In this document: one piece after another, positions 20,922 through 30,578 of the stretch
How positions within the stretch are numbered: position 1 is the stretch's first letter
How the letters are laid out: each line of letters opens with the position of its first letter
From: a virus
Lineage: Duplodnaviria; Caudoviricetes
Virus record (IMG/VR): IMGVR_UViG_2901146262_000001
Span: 1-64,000 of that record
Length of the DNA stretch: 64,000 bases
Strand: one strand, 5' to 3'
The notes under the pieces: generated by a model
What the model was told of the DNA's origin: nothing
What the model saw: the letters and a program-made list of their open reading frames with translations, nothing else
The model's database searches: none
Program-made: the position numbers and the translations under genes

Positions 20922-22044
20922 CATTCTGTTACTTTCACCATCTCTGGCTACTGACCATAACTAAATGGCGAAGAGGGTACTCCTTTAAGTGGTCTGGTTA
21001 CCTCTGACCCTCTTTCTACATTTTTGTACAATAGGTTATATATGTAGTTCAGACTATATCATCACCCAATTATGCTAGGGTGTCCTACGTGTAGTCGTTG
21101 CGGGGAATATTTTGGATAATTTTTTGTCTACATCTTTATAAATATCTTGCTCCCATATCTCTATGTAATTAAATCCATATCGTTCAAAGTCTTTCTTCTT
21201 TCGAACATCTCTTTCCATGTTAGCGGTTTGTTCTTGATTTAATGGTATTTTGTCATTCCCATACATACTAGGATTTCCGTGCCAATAATTTCCCATGACT
21301 TCAATAATTAACATTTCTTTGGGAATGAAAAAATCCGCAAAATATCTGCGGAAAAATCCCTGCTCCTGCATATATTTAATATCATTATCATCAAGCCACT
21401 CTCTAACCATTCTTTCTGGTCGCGTTTCTACTCTTCTATCAGCAAGGCTTTCTCTGTATCTTCGATTTCCTTCATACCACGATTTTGAAAACCTTTCATT
21501 ATGTAAAGTGTTTTCTTTCCAGTATTCTATACGACAAAAATCAGAACAGAACCTTTGATGTTTAAAATTGTAAGGAGAAGAGCAAGTGTAAAAATCATTA
21601 CAAAACTCACACAGCTTATCTCTATCTCCGCCTTTCCAGTTGTTAGCATTTTCACCAATTAAAAAAGTAGACTGCCATTTTTTCTGACAGTCTACTGAAC
21701 ATACGACACTATCTGCATTTGCTGGTATCACATTATATGATTTGCCACACATAGTGCAAGTTTTGTCTACTCGATTATATTTTCTAATTGCATTGAGTTT
21801 ACCTAAACACTGCAGAGAGCATGTCGCTACACCCTTGGTTATTTTCTCTGTTTGTGATTTGGTTTTATACACCTCTACACCACATATATCACAAAAATAA
21901 AGACACTTAAATCTGCTACGTATGTATATCTTCTCCTTTTTTATTATCCAAAATATTCTTCCCACAGGATTACCTTCCCCAAGGCTTCCCCTGTTATAGT
22001 AAGATGTTCACTAATCGGTTTCCCGATTAGGCGGCAATAAGTTT
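20922..22044 (-). mobile_element. Group I intron (1123 nt) in the tape-measure gene
   Basis: Exon ends AUCGGU and pairs with intron GCCG (P1 with U.G); R element GCAACGACUA and S element GAUAUAGUCU form P7; terminal omega-G; splicing restores ESGNIIG|NSLKTLYTRI. Confidence 0.93.
21075..21965 (-). CDS. Intron-encoded homing endonuclease: Cys-rich repeats plus Vsr/DUF559 (EDxHD-type) nuclease domain
   Basis: Repeated CxxC...CSxxC units; PE...L...I.Y..E...ADF...IIEV.G.YWH catalytic pattern; 3' end overlaps the intron R element. Confidence 0.85.
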   Translation of the reverse strand: MGRIFWIIKKEKIYIRSRFKCLYFCDICGVEVYKTKSQTEKITKGVATCSLQCLGKLNAIRKYNRVDKTCTMCGKSYNVIPANADSVVCSVDCQKKWQSTFLIGENANNWKGGDRDKLCEFCNDFYTCSSPYNFKHQRFCSDFCRIEYWKENTLHNERFSKSWYEGNRRYRESLADRRVETRPERMVREWLDDNDIKYMQEQGFFRRYFADFFIPKEMLIIEVMGNYWHGNPSMYGNDKIPLNQEQTANMERDVRKKKDFERYGFNYIEIWEQDIYKDVDKKLSKIFPATTTRRTP

Positions 22045-23577
22045 ACCGATAATATTTCCTGATTCTCTGGTCGTGATTCCAATAGCTGCCGTATGACCAA
22101 TTAAACTATCCAGACTTACACCAAATGTATTAGCAGTTGCTGCTGATTTCATCATTGCATTACTTAAGTCAGCCGTACTAATAGCGTAGTTGTTGTCAAC
22201 TTCATTAAGACGATCTATCAGCGACATACTGTCTTTTGCTTCGATATCAAAGGCCTTAAGTCCGGCAGTGATCGTATCCATTCCGTCACTTGGTGAGAGA
22301 TCCGATATGTTACTTAGGATGGTTGCAGTTTTCGTCAAATCCATAAGCATGTCTGGCTCGTATCCCTGTCGGGAGAAGTCAGTCATTGCCTGAGAAACAT
22401 CTGCTACACGATTTCCCAGTTCTTGAGACAGGTCGATACTTTCCGTTATCAGCTTGTTGTAAGTCTGTGGAGTTGCATCCATGACTCTTCTTAATTCAAC
22501 CATTCTTTCGTCAAGCATTCTTACGTTATCAATTGCAGACTTCATTCCGCGTAGGGGAGCATAGAAGGCCGTCATCGCGCCCATCCAAACTGGGACTCTC
22601 ATCGCTGCAACCTTCAATGATTGAAGCATACCCATTTGACTTGCGGTAGCTTGTTTTATTTCCTGATTCTGTCTATGTACTGCACCAGTTGATCTATCAA
22701 TCGTTCCAGTCAACTTTAGATTTTCCGAACTATTCTTACTAATTAAAGCAGACCATTTTCCAGAAGTTTCATTAACATTGGACTGTATTATCTTTAAACC
22801 CTTCAAAGCGTCTTGCTGTTTCAATACAGTGTCCAAATGCTGTCTGGAGTTAGTGTCGAGTTGCTTTAAATTATTAGACTGACCAATTTTAGTGCCCATC
22901 TTTTGTTGTTCTTCTGAACGCTTTCTTTCAAGAGCCAATAACTCCTTATTATTTTTTAGCTCTTGGGAAAGTCTATCGTTTTGTGACTTAACTTCTTTTT
23001 TATTTTCCTCTTCAGCACGCTGTCTTTCAATGGACTGCAATTCCCGATGATTCTTCAACTCCTGAGAAAGAACCTGATCTCTTTCTCTGAGCTTCTTAGT
23101 AGAATCCTCAATGGTTTGAATCGATTTCGGACTTATTATTTCTTTTCCGGTATCCTTATCCAATTCAGGTGCAAGTCTTATTTTCTTAATCTGATCATCA
23201 GCAGTTTTCATCGTAACCATATACGATTTTATTTTCTGTTCTAATTGACCAGTTTTATTTTCAACTAATGCGACGTCCTTAACTACTTTCTGAGTAGATC
23301 CACCAAATTGACTTTCCAGATTCTTTATAGAAGAGAAGAGGGCGGAGTTATTTTTCTCAATTCCACCCATATCCATCTTCAGGGACTCGTTCATAGTCTT
23401 CTTAATACCAGCCATCTGAGCTTGTATTTTCTGATCTAATCCTTTTGTATCCACAGTTAACCCAATGTTATGTAATTGACTTTCCATTCTTTTTAAATCT
23501 GAGTTAATCTTACCTATGGATTTCTCTGCGTCAAGGGAGGCGCTAATCAATATCCCTAAATCTGTTCCATTATTCAT
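22045..23577 (-). CDS. cwlP: Tape measure protein, exon 1 (511 codons; spliced product about 2172 aa)
   Basis: TP901-type TMP core (IDRLNEVDNNYAIST.DL..A); ORF runs 5 codons into the intron before stopping. Confidence 0.88.
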
Positions 23578-23611
23578 ATACCGAAATCACCAACTTTCAT
23601 ATAAAAATGCA

Positions 23612-23700
23612 CAAAAAAAGACACCCACAATAAAGTGAGTGCCTTAAACTTAATTATAAAATTACATACAAAAATGCCCTACACATCAACGTAGGGCATT
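23612..23700 (-). terminator. Two tandem terminators downstream of the toxin-antitoxin pair
   Basis: Hairpins AAGGCACTCAC/GTGGGTGTCTT and AATGCCCTAC/GTAGGGCATT, each followed by a T-run on the minus strand. Confidence 0.65.
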
Positions 23701-23713
23701 AACTTTCATCAAT

Positions 23714-24163
23714 TTACACAACTTCTTCTAAATCCTGCATGTATTCCAGTGGCGTACAACATTTAAACGAGTATCCATCCAAATCTAAAATTCCACTCTT
23801 TTTATCCCAAGTAATTAAATAATCTGCATCAGATGAGTATGCAGCTTCTACTAACATCTGGTCATCTGGATCATTTATGACAGGTATTAATTCTCTATCC
23901 AAATGTCTAGTATTAGTTGACTTACCTTGTTGGAATAGGTCAGTAATATTTATTAGCGCCTGTCTCGTTGACTCATAGTCAAGTCCCAGCGAGTTACAAT
24001 GTCGCTTCATTATATACATCAGTTCACCAATAAACTCTTGGGAAAAGACAATCCTGACACCATTTTCATCTAGTGTGGCAAGTAGATTAGCACTATCTGA
24101 CGTTTCTTCACCAAATATTGCGCCAATAAATACATTTGTATCTACCACAATTCTACTTGCCAT
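23714..24163 (-). CDS. PIN-domain toxin (PIN_3-like)
   Basis: IVVDTNV, EL, DPDD...VEAA...ADYLITWD acidic PIN motifs. Confidence 0.88.
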   Translation of the reverse strand: MASRIVVDTNVFIGAIFGEETSDSANLLATLDENGVRIVFSQEFIGELMYIMKRHCNSLGLDYESTRQALINITDLFQQGKSTNTRHLDRELIPVINDPDDQMLVEAAYSSDADYLITWDKKSGILDLDGYSFKCCTPLEYMQDLEEVV

Positions 24164-24362
24164 CTTTGATATCCTTTGTCCACTTCAATACGTCCTCATA
24201 TGTTACATTCTTCTTTTTCATTTGGGTTTGCATTTTATGCCTAAGTTTTAGAAAAGAGTTGGATTGAGACACCCTTGTGTCGTGAGCTGTAGCTTGCATC
24301 TTTTTATCCTCCTTGTCCTTACACATACACATCACATCCTTCATAGAATTATGTATATGCAT
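24153..24362 (-). CDS. Putative cognate antitoxin
   Basis: Small gene overlapping the PIN start; KKKNVTYEDV C-terminus; preceded by TTTACA-17-TATACT. Confidence 0.6.
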   Translation of the reverse strand: MHIHNSMKDVMCMCKDKEDKKMQATAHDTRVSQSNSFLKLRHKMQTQMKKKNVTYEDVLKWTKDIKDGK

Positions 24363-24504
24363 AGAATTGACTTTAATTACTTATAGTATACCAGAATATC
24401 TATGGCATGTAAAAGATTGCAGATAATTTGAATTAAAGAAGAGAAAAGGATTCGGATCAACCTCTTATTTATAACGATGATCAGTCATTATCTATCCCTG
24501 TGTT

Positions 24505-24536
24505 TATATTATAATACTACCCAATTAAAAAGTCAA
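24505..24536 (-). promoter_or_regulatory. SigA-type promoter overlapping the repeated operator motif
   Basis: TTGACT-17nt-TATAAT; contains AATTGGGTAGTATTATAATATA. Confidence 0.65.
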
Positions 24537-24588
24537 GGAAAATTCAAACAAATAAAAAGCCATCCAATCAAGGATGACTTGCCATGTA

Positions 24589-25395
24589 TCACTCTACTAC
24601 TATTACCTGATTGCATTCTGTGATCTTATCGTTGTCAGGAGTCGTAATTTCATACGATTTTCTACCGTCTGGTTTGAGTTCTTGAGAATCAACAGCATAA
24701 GTCCAGTCAGAGTCAACTACATTTCCGTCTGCATCTAAGTAGTCAACTTCAACTCGGATATGTTTATGAGGCTTGGAGTCATTATTTTTAATAAATCCCT
24801 TTGTTTTCATATAGCCTTTATCATGGGTACAACTTTTATCCTGTAATTCTAATTGCCCATCATCAGATTCGTCATTTTCGCTATTTGAATCGTCAAGTGA
24901 AGGGGCAACGCCTGACATAACTGCCGTCTCAGCCGGATCAAGAATAGTCTTTTTTATCTCTACACTATCTTCATTTAAGAAATCAGAGAAAGGGTACTCG
25001 ATTGTACCATCTGAGCTAGAGATCTTAATGTCACCGATAGAACATTTGACATTGTTTTCACCGCAATCAGTTTTGTTGGTAATATCTCCAGTTTCAGTCA
25101 ATACTGCGAGCGACTTACCTAGATCCATAGCAACGCTTATCTGATCGTCGTCTGTCATATCAAATAAATTATCTTCCGTTCGATTAAACACATTATAAAC
25201 GTAATGATCTTTTGTGCTCTGATCTTCATCATAAGATAGGAAAGAATGCACATCCACGCCACTAACAGTCGAATCTCTATCCATCTTTGAAGAAAACTTT
25301 TCTACAATCTCCTTATAATCGTCATCTGACATAGAATTGCATCCGACTAATAACATAATAATTGCAAAAAAGGGCAACAAATAAATCTTTTTCAT
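24589..25395 (-). CDS. Lipoprotein with C-terminal FxLYD-like Ig domain
   Basis: MKK + hydrophobic segment + LVGC lipobox; G.IKNN...VEVDYLDADGNVVD...LKP motif; own promoter (25438-25466) and terminator. Confidence 0.8.
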   Translation of the reverse strand: MKKIYLLPFFAIIMLLVGCNSMSDDDYKEIVEKFSSKMDRDSTVSGVDVHSFLSYDEDQSTKDHYVYNVFNRTEDNLFDMTDDDQISVAMDLGKSLAVLTETGDITNKTDCGENNVKCSIGDIKISSSDGTIEYPFSDFLNEDSVEIKKTILDPAETAVMSGVAPSLDDSNSENDESDDGQLELQDKSCTHDKGYMKTKGFIKNNDSKPHKHIRVEVDYLDADGNVVDSDWTYAVDSQELKPDGRKSYEITTPDNDKITECNQVIVVE

Positions 25396-25568
25396 ATAAT
25401 TAACAACTCCCTTTAATAACTGACATATTTAACATATATTATAATGTCAACAAAAGGTTAAGTCAATCACTATTCAGAAAAATACCCAACTTTAGTCCCC
25501 TATATCCAAACTAATATGTATATTTTAAATTTCGAGATAGGGGACTAATAGGGGATAAAAGATGAATT

Positions 25569-26582
25569 TTAACCAAATATGTTATTACGTTCCTCTTCAA
25601 AGTCACGTAAATCGTAATGCTGAATTGTCGTTGACACATCAGAATGGTGTGCGATGTATTTGGAAACCATCTCTAACTTGACACCTTGCTCCAATAAGTA
25701 GGTAATACAACTAGCTTTAAATAAATGCGGATTAATTCTTCTGTTTAATATGTAAGATAAATTTTCTGAACAGAAGTAATCTGCCCATGAAGATGACATT
25801 TGTCCAAAAACCCCGTTATGTTTTGTAGTAAAAATGTAGTCACTTTCATACCCACGCTTTTCAACCCACAACTTCATGTAATCATACGCTTCCTTGTCAA
25901 TCATGTATGGTTCGATTTTCCCATCTTCTCCAGAACCTTTAAGACGAACGTTATGACTCATAATAAAACTCTTATCTTCAGGGAATGGGTCTTTTAATAT
26001 ACTCGTTTTAAATTGAATAATTTCACTTCGACGAGCACCGACATTGAAGGCAGTAGCAAGCCATGCCATACCTAGGTAATTCTTATCTTTTTCCAATATA
26101 TCCATCATTTCCTTGTACTCATCATAAGTCACCTTTATTTTTTCGTAAACTTGATTCTTAGGAATAGCTGGTAATCCTCTAGTCAGGTTCCTAAATGAAC
26201 TGTAAGTTTTTACTTCATCAGCTATAAAATTCTCTATATAATTCATCAAACTAGAAACGCATGCCTTTTTAAAATTGATACCACTGGAAGACATTCCTCT
26301 ATCTTTAAGAAAAGACATATATCTCAACATGTCTCTTTTGGTTAATTCATGCATTGGTTTATTGTTTAACGAATTAAGCAGAAAGTAGCCAAAATGTCGA
26401 AGTCCAGATGTATATTGTTTTCTAGTTTGAGGAGAATGGTTTTGTGCAGACAAGTATTCACCTACAAATTCTCTGTACTCCTGATTAACTTCTTTCCACA
26501 TTTCATCTGTGACAACTGGCATCTTTTTAGCTCTTTGCCTTAGCATATTTTTTTCTATCTCTTTACTCATATTCTCCACCAT
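25569..26582 (-). CDS. Tyrosine recombinase within the tail module (YomM-like)
   Basis: SPQTRKQY N-terminal domain; GARRSE; NPHLFK (K replaces the R of HxxR); HHSDVSTT..HY. Confidence 0.85.
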   Translation of the reverse strand: MVENMSKEIEKNMLRQRAKKMPVVTDEMWKEVNQEYREFVGEYLSAQNHSPQTRKQYTSGLRHFGYFLLNSLNNKPMHELTKRDMLRYMSFLKDRGMSSSGINFKKACVSSLMNYIENFIADEVKTYSSFRNLTRGLPAIPKNQVYEKIKVTYDEYKEMMDILEKDKNYLGMAWLATAFNVGARRSEIIQFKTSILKDPFPEDKSFIMSHNVRLKGSGEDGKIEPYMIDKEAYDYMKLWVEKRGYESDYIFTTKHNGVFGQMSSSWADYFCSENLSYILNRRINPHLFKASCITYLLEQGVKLEMVSKYIAHHSDVSTTIQHYDLRDFEEERNNIFG

Positions 26583-26584
26583 TT

Positions 26585-27067
26585 CTATTTAATTGTATAT
26601 CCTCGCGCACGTAAACCAGACTTCATGGCTTTTACGTGACTTAGGGTAAGCTGCATATGCCGAACAGATTCAAACATAAATCTTCTTGGCTGCAGGTATT
26701 TATAAGCCGTATTACTCCTGTTTGTTTTCCAGTCGTACTCGCCATGACCATTGGAATCACCATGCTCAATCAGACCAGCTATAGGTTGGCCACTATTTGC
26801 ACCTTTTGTTATATTTTGAATCAGCATAGTCATTCCGTACCCAGTTCTATCTATTACTGTGCCAACAACATTGCTTGGATCTGCCAAGCCACCACTAGCT
26901 CCACGTCGTTGATGTTGATAAGGGTCATATGCATCATATACTTCGGTTTGTGTTTTTTCTGACATAACTTGTGAGGTAGAAGGGAGTACGTCTTGATTCA
27001 TTACATCTTCCATATCACTTTGAATAGCTGCAAATAGATCATTTAAATTACTAAAATTTCTAGCCAT
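26585..27067 (-). CDS. Tail/neck morphogenesis protein
   Basis: VYDAYDP.Q..RR and PRRFM motifs; tail-module position. Confidence 0.6.
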   Translation of the reverse strand: MARNFSNLNDLFAAIQSDMEDVMNQDVLPSTSQVMSEKTQTEVYDAYDPYQHQRRGASGGLADPSNVVGTVIDRTGYGMTMLIQNITKGANSGQPIAGLIEHGDSNGHGEYDWKTNRSNTAYKYLQPRRFMFESVRHMQLTLSHVKAMKSGLRARGYTIK

Positions 27068-27081
27068 ACTTAATCAAATCC

Positions 27082-27618
27082 TTACTCATTTGAGTCGATT
27101 TTGACCTGTTCCTGCAAGTGCTGCTTCAGTTCAGGTGTCTTAATATCTAAATTCTTAACCTCGTCTTGCATGGTCTTAAATTGCTTCTCTATTTTTCCAT
27201 TTGTTTCAATCATCTTAAATACCTTTTCATAAACTTTTGCTATTTCATCTTCCAGCATCATTTCCATGATTTCATCATAATATCTTGAGTTATATAGCTT
27301 CATAAAAAATTGTATATTCTGCTTTGGATTTTTAGGGAATGTAAGATCTGTAAATTCACGAATTATTTCAGCATGTACGAGGGGGAAGAATAATCCATCA
27401 GACAACTCAATACCCTCATCCTCAGCTTGTTTTACACTTTTAACTAGCTCTTGAACGCATTGATCGATTCTTTCTTTGGCAAAGAAGGGGGTTAGTTTTA
27501 CTTCATATCTTTTTCCGTCTATATAAAATTCAATTGACATTGTTTCATCAAACTTTTTATTATCTTCATTTACCATCTTAATTAACGGTAACTTTCTTAC
27601 TGTTTCTTTGTTAGCCAT
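27082..27618 (-). CDS. Putative tail assembly chaperone
   Basis: Downstream of the tail tube; FTDL.FP motif. Confidence 0.55.
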   Translation of the reverse strand: MANKETVRKLPLIKMVNEDNKKFDETMSIEFYIDGKRYEVKLTPFFAKERIDQCVQELVKSVKQAEDEGIELSDGLFFPLVHAEIIREFTDLTFPKNPKQNIQFFMKLYNSRYYDEIMEMMLEDEIAKVYEKVFKMIETNGKIEKQFKTMQDEVKNLDIKTPELKQHLQEQVKIDSNE

Positions 27619-27716
27619 TGTTTAAAACCTCCGTTTTATCCGATTAAAAAAATAGGGAAGAGGTTTAATCCTCGACCCTATATATTATATTGTTACTTTA
27701 TTTTACTTTTAAAATA

Positions 27717-28181
27717 CTATTCTTCCGGTTCCGGCTCAGGTTCTGGTTCTACTACAGTAACCTCACAGGTATCTCTCTTAGACGAATCTGCAGTACTTGA
27801 TACAGTAATTTCCGCAATTCCTTCTGCGACAGCCTCAATGTTACCGTCACTGACCGTAACCACTGAACCGTCACTTGATTCCCATTTGACACCTTTTTGA
27901 GCAGTGGAGGGGGAGACGGTAGCATTTAACGACTCAGTATCTCCAATATTTAAATCTAGCTGATTCTTATCCACTTTAACCTCAACTACATCGCTGTAGT
28001 TTGTCTCAACAGAAATAGCTTCAGACAAATCAGACTCACCAACATTGTTCACTGAACTTACTTGGTATTTATATGTAGTGTTAGGCGTTAATCCCTTGTC
28101 TAAATAAGACTTTTTAGGCAATCCAGTGGCAATCTTTTTTCCATCTCTATATACATTATAAGTTGTTGACATTAATTTCAT
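27717..28181 (-). CDS. N-terminally incomplete FN3 domain plus Big_2 Ig domain (tail decoration)
   Basis: YNVYRDG...GLTPNTTYKYQV..VN..GES FN3; L.IGDT..L.ATV.P...V.W.SSD Big_2; EP-repeat tail; probable start 28172. Confidence 0.85.
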   Translation of the reverse strand: MKLMSTTYNVYRDGKKIATGLPKKSYLDKGLTPNTTYKYQVSSVNNVGESDLSEAISVETNYSDVVEVKVDKNQLDLNIGDTESLNATVSPSTAQKGVKWESSDGSVVTVSDGNIEAVAEGIAEITVSSTADSSKRDTCEVTVVEPEPEPEPEE

Positions 28182-28269
28182 CCTTTCGGAATGCCCTAAT
28201 CCCTGCTAATTCCAAGATAGATCAGCACTCGTATCGCTCTTAGAATCAGCCTTAAGATTTACGGGCTGC

Positions 28270-29022
28270 TTAGGGTGTATCCTGTCCTTCTGGAGTACTT
28301 TCAAAGATATAGCTAATATAAGTAGAGTGTCCAGCACTATCCTTGAAGGCTGCCATATCAAATACTAACTCTAACTCAGTAGGCTCAGTACCTTCCATTG
28401 TAAAAGTAAAGTCTGCTTGAGGACGTGCTTTATGTACAGTTACGTTGACAGGATAGTCCAATCCATCCTCCTGAGAACGAGCAATTCCTTTTCCGTGAAG
28501 CTCAACTTCTTGAGGGAATTTGTCAGTACGTACTTTAATCTCCTTAGCGCCTTTAGGGGCTGCATATTGATAGATGGCAAATACTTCCTTACCGTCGGAA
28601 CCTTCAACTGTGCCATCTTTATCGGTAAATTCGGCATCCACTTCATCACCAAAGTCTCTTAAACCTTCGATCTCGAATACTGAAACTTTACCAATAGGCT
28701 CTTTGGTTAAAGTAATCTTACCGTCATTAACCTTCAATCGATCTGTCTGAAGAATCTCGGCAGTAGTTTCGTTGATAAGTTCATCACCAGCAATATGAGC
28801 TAGTAAGCTCAAATCAACCAATGGGATAGTTACGTTAAGAACAGATTCTTTCTCTCCGTCAAACTCCATGAGTTTAGCCATTCCACGACCACCCTTGATT
28901 GGTGTTCGTTCAGCAGTTACCTCATTCGTACTTGCCAATGCGTAGTCAATAAATGATACTGGTTTCTTTGTTGCATAGTTTAAAATAGTTAAGTCTAAGA
29001 CTTCTTTAATACCATATTGCAT
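28270..29022 (-). CDS. Major tail (tube) protein
   Basis: YGIKEV.D N-terminus; position in the tail module; ends in CCC-TAA. Confidence 0.8.
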   Translation of the reverse strand: MQYGIKEVLDLTILNYATKKPVSFIDYALASTNEVTAERTPIKGGRGMAKLMEFDGEKESVLNVTIPLVDLSLLAHIAGDELINETTAEILQTDRLKVNDGKITLTKEPIGKVSVFEIEGLRDFGDEVDAEFTDKDGTVEGSDGKEVFAIYQYAAPKGAKEIKVRTDKFPQEVELHGKGIARSQEDGLDYPVNVTVHKARPQADFTFTMEGTEPTELELVFDMAAFKDSAGHSTYISYIFESTPEGQDTP

Positions 29023-29765
29023 TAATTTTTCCTCCTTAAAGTATCTAGGTCAACTGGAGTTGCCCAGTGTTTCATTTTTTTAATATCTTTTTCTTCCATA
29101 TGGGGGATATGCATATGCGTACTATGGTAATCATCCCAAACCATCAGTCTTATGTAGTTTTCATATAACTGGTAAATGGTTAAATCCCATACATTTAAAA
29201 GATTTATATTATTGCTATGTGTAGATACAATTGAAGCTAAATCGTGTAGGGCAAGACCCTTGTCTTCACCTTTATCTTTCCTTAGCTTATCTTTCATTTT
29301 TGCAATTCTGTCAGCATACTCTTGAGCCTTGCTGTTTGCTGGCTTGTATCCACCTTCAGATTCTGAGTCATCACCTAGATAATTTTGAATCCGAATCACT
29401 TCTCTAATTTCCTCAAACTGCTCTGGCGTTATATACGTCTGAACACCATCTTTATAAATAAAGAATCCGTCTTCATCTATACTGACATCCTCTTTAAACA
29501 TGACTCCCATAGCATTAAGGAGTACATCTCTAATATTGTGATCATTTATTGCCAGCGCATGGATTATGTGATAAACATAAACTCCAGATAGATCCTGACC
29601 TTCCTCAACGAGACTATCTTTTTCTACAAGAAAGATAGAAACCATACTAGAATGCTCTTTTTCGCCAATATCCAAAACTTCTCTTAACGTTAAAGGCCAT
29701 ACCTTAATTCCTCCGACATCAATTGGATACCCAGCCATCATTCTCATTTTGTAGTTTTCTACCAC
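29022..29765 (-). CDS. Phage morphogenesis protein (YomV-like)
   Basis: VWDLTIYQLY motif; SPbeta-like gene order. Confidence 0.6.
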   Translation of the reverse strand: MVENYKMRMMAGYPIDVGGIKVWPLTLREVLDIGEKEHSSMVSIFLVEKDSLVEEGQDLSGVYVYHIIHALAINDHNIRDVLLNAMGVMFKEDVSIDEDGFFIYKDGVQTYITPEQFEEIREVIRIQNYLGDDSESEGGYKPANSKAQEYADRIAKMKDKLRKDKGEDKGLALHDLASIVSTHSNNINLLNVWDLTIYQLYENYIRLMVWDDYHSTHMHIPHMEEKDIKKMKHWATPVDLDTLRRKN

Positions 29766-30250
29766 TGAAAATCACCGTATTCAAAAGTTGTAGTGTATCC
29801 AAAGTACCCTTCAGGAGCACCTAGATTATCACCATAAACAAATCTAACAGTTCCAATATTTTGGAAATAATAGTTAGACATCTTAGTCCCGATATGATCT
29901 GTAATCCAAGCCAATCTCATGTCTACATCATTAAATTCACGATGCACAAATACGTCTATGTTGAATGACTGTATAGAACTAGCATAATTACCTTTAAGGG
30001 CGTTTCTTGGACTTTGATAAAAAAGAATTCTGCATATAGGATCATCATCCAACAGTCCATCAGCAGTGGGTGAGAATCTGATTCTATCTTCGATTATGTC
30101 CCATTTTTCATTCATATCCAGAACATCATCTTTAGTGGGAGAGAGGGGGTTATCACTCATGCTTTCAGGCTTATAATAAAGAAGTCTTAGCAATTCTTCG
30201 TCCGTAGAGAAGGATTTATAAACTTCCTGCAACAATGCCCTCATCTTCAT
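29759..30250 (-). CDS. Tail terminator/completion protein (YomW-like)
   Basis: DEELLRLLYY motif; gene order. Confidence 0.6.
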   Translation of the reverse strand: MKMRALLQEVYKSFSTDEELLRLLYYKPESMSDNPLSPTKDDVLDMNEKWDIIEDRIRFSPTADGLLDDDPICRILFYQSPRNALKGNYASSIQSFNIDVFVHREFNDVDMRLAWITDHIGTKMSNYYFQNIGTVRFVYGDNLGAPEGYFGYTTTFEYGDFQW

Positions 30251-30559
30251 TTAGATTACCTCCCTGATTTCCTTCACTAGATTACATGACTCCATTACAT
30301 GGTTTTTGATGTTCTTGTGAGCACCATCCATAAATAACATTCGATTATACAAATGTTCCAGTTTAAGTAGCAGCACATAGCATTGATAGTTATCATGAAC
30401 TTCAGGTATGACTTTATCTAATCTGTAGATTTCGTCTTTTATTTTTCCGACATGTTTATATCCTTCTAAATCGCTATTCTCGAACAAATACAATATTTTA
30501 AATATCTGATTCGTGTAATAGTCGAATAGATTATCTATAGTTTCCTTTTTATGTTCCAC
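30251..30559 (-). CDS. Hypothetical head-tail region protein
   Basis: IFKILYLFE motif; coupled to neighbours. Confidence 0.55.
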   Translation of the reverse strand: MEHKKETIDNLFDYYTNQIFKILYLFENSDLEGYKHVGKIKDEIYRLDKVIPEVHDNYQCYVLLLKLEHLYNRMLFMDGAHKNIKNHVMESCNLVKEIREVI

Positions 30560-30578
30560 TTCCGATCATTCCAAACTC

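Noticed and set aside
15936-23577. Tape measure as two independent genes or a pseudogene
   Set aside because: Group I core elements and exact frame restoration show one intron-split gene; the ATG at 20924 is the intron 3' end
27082-27618. Lambda G/GT-type -1 frameshift in the tail chaperone
   Set aside because: No clear slippery heptamer joining it to a downstream frame
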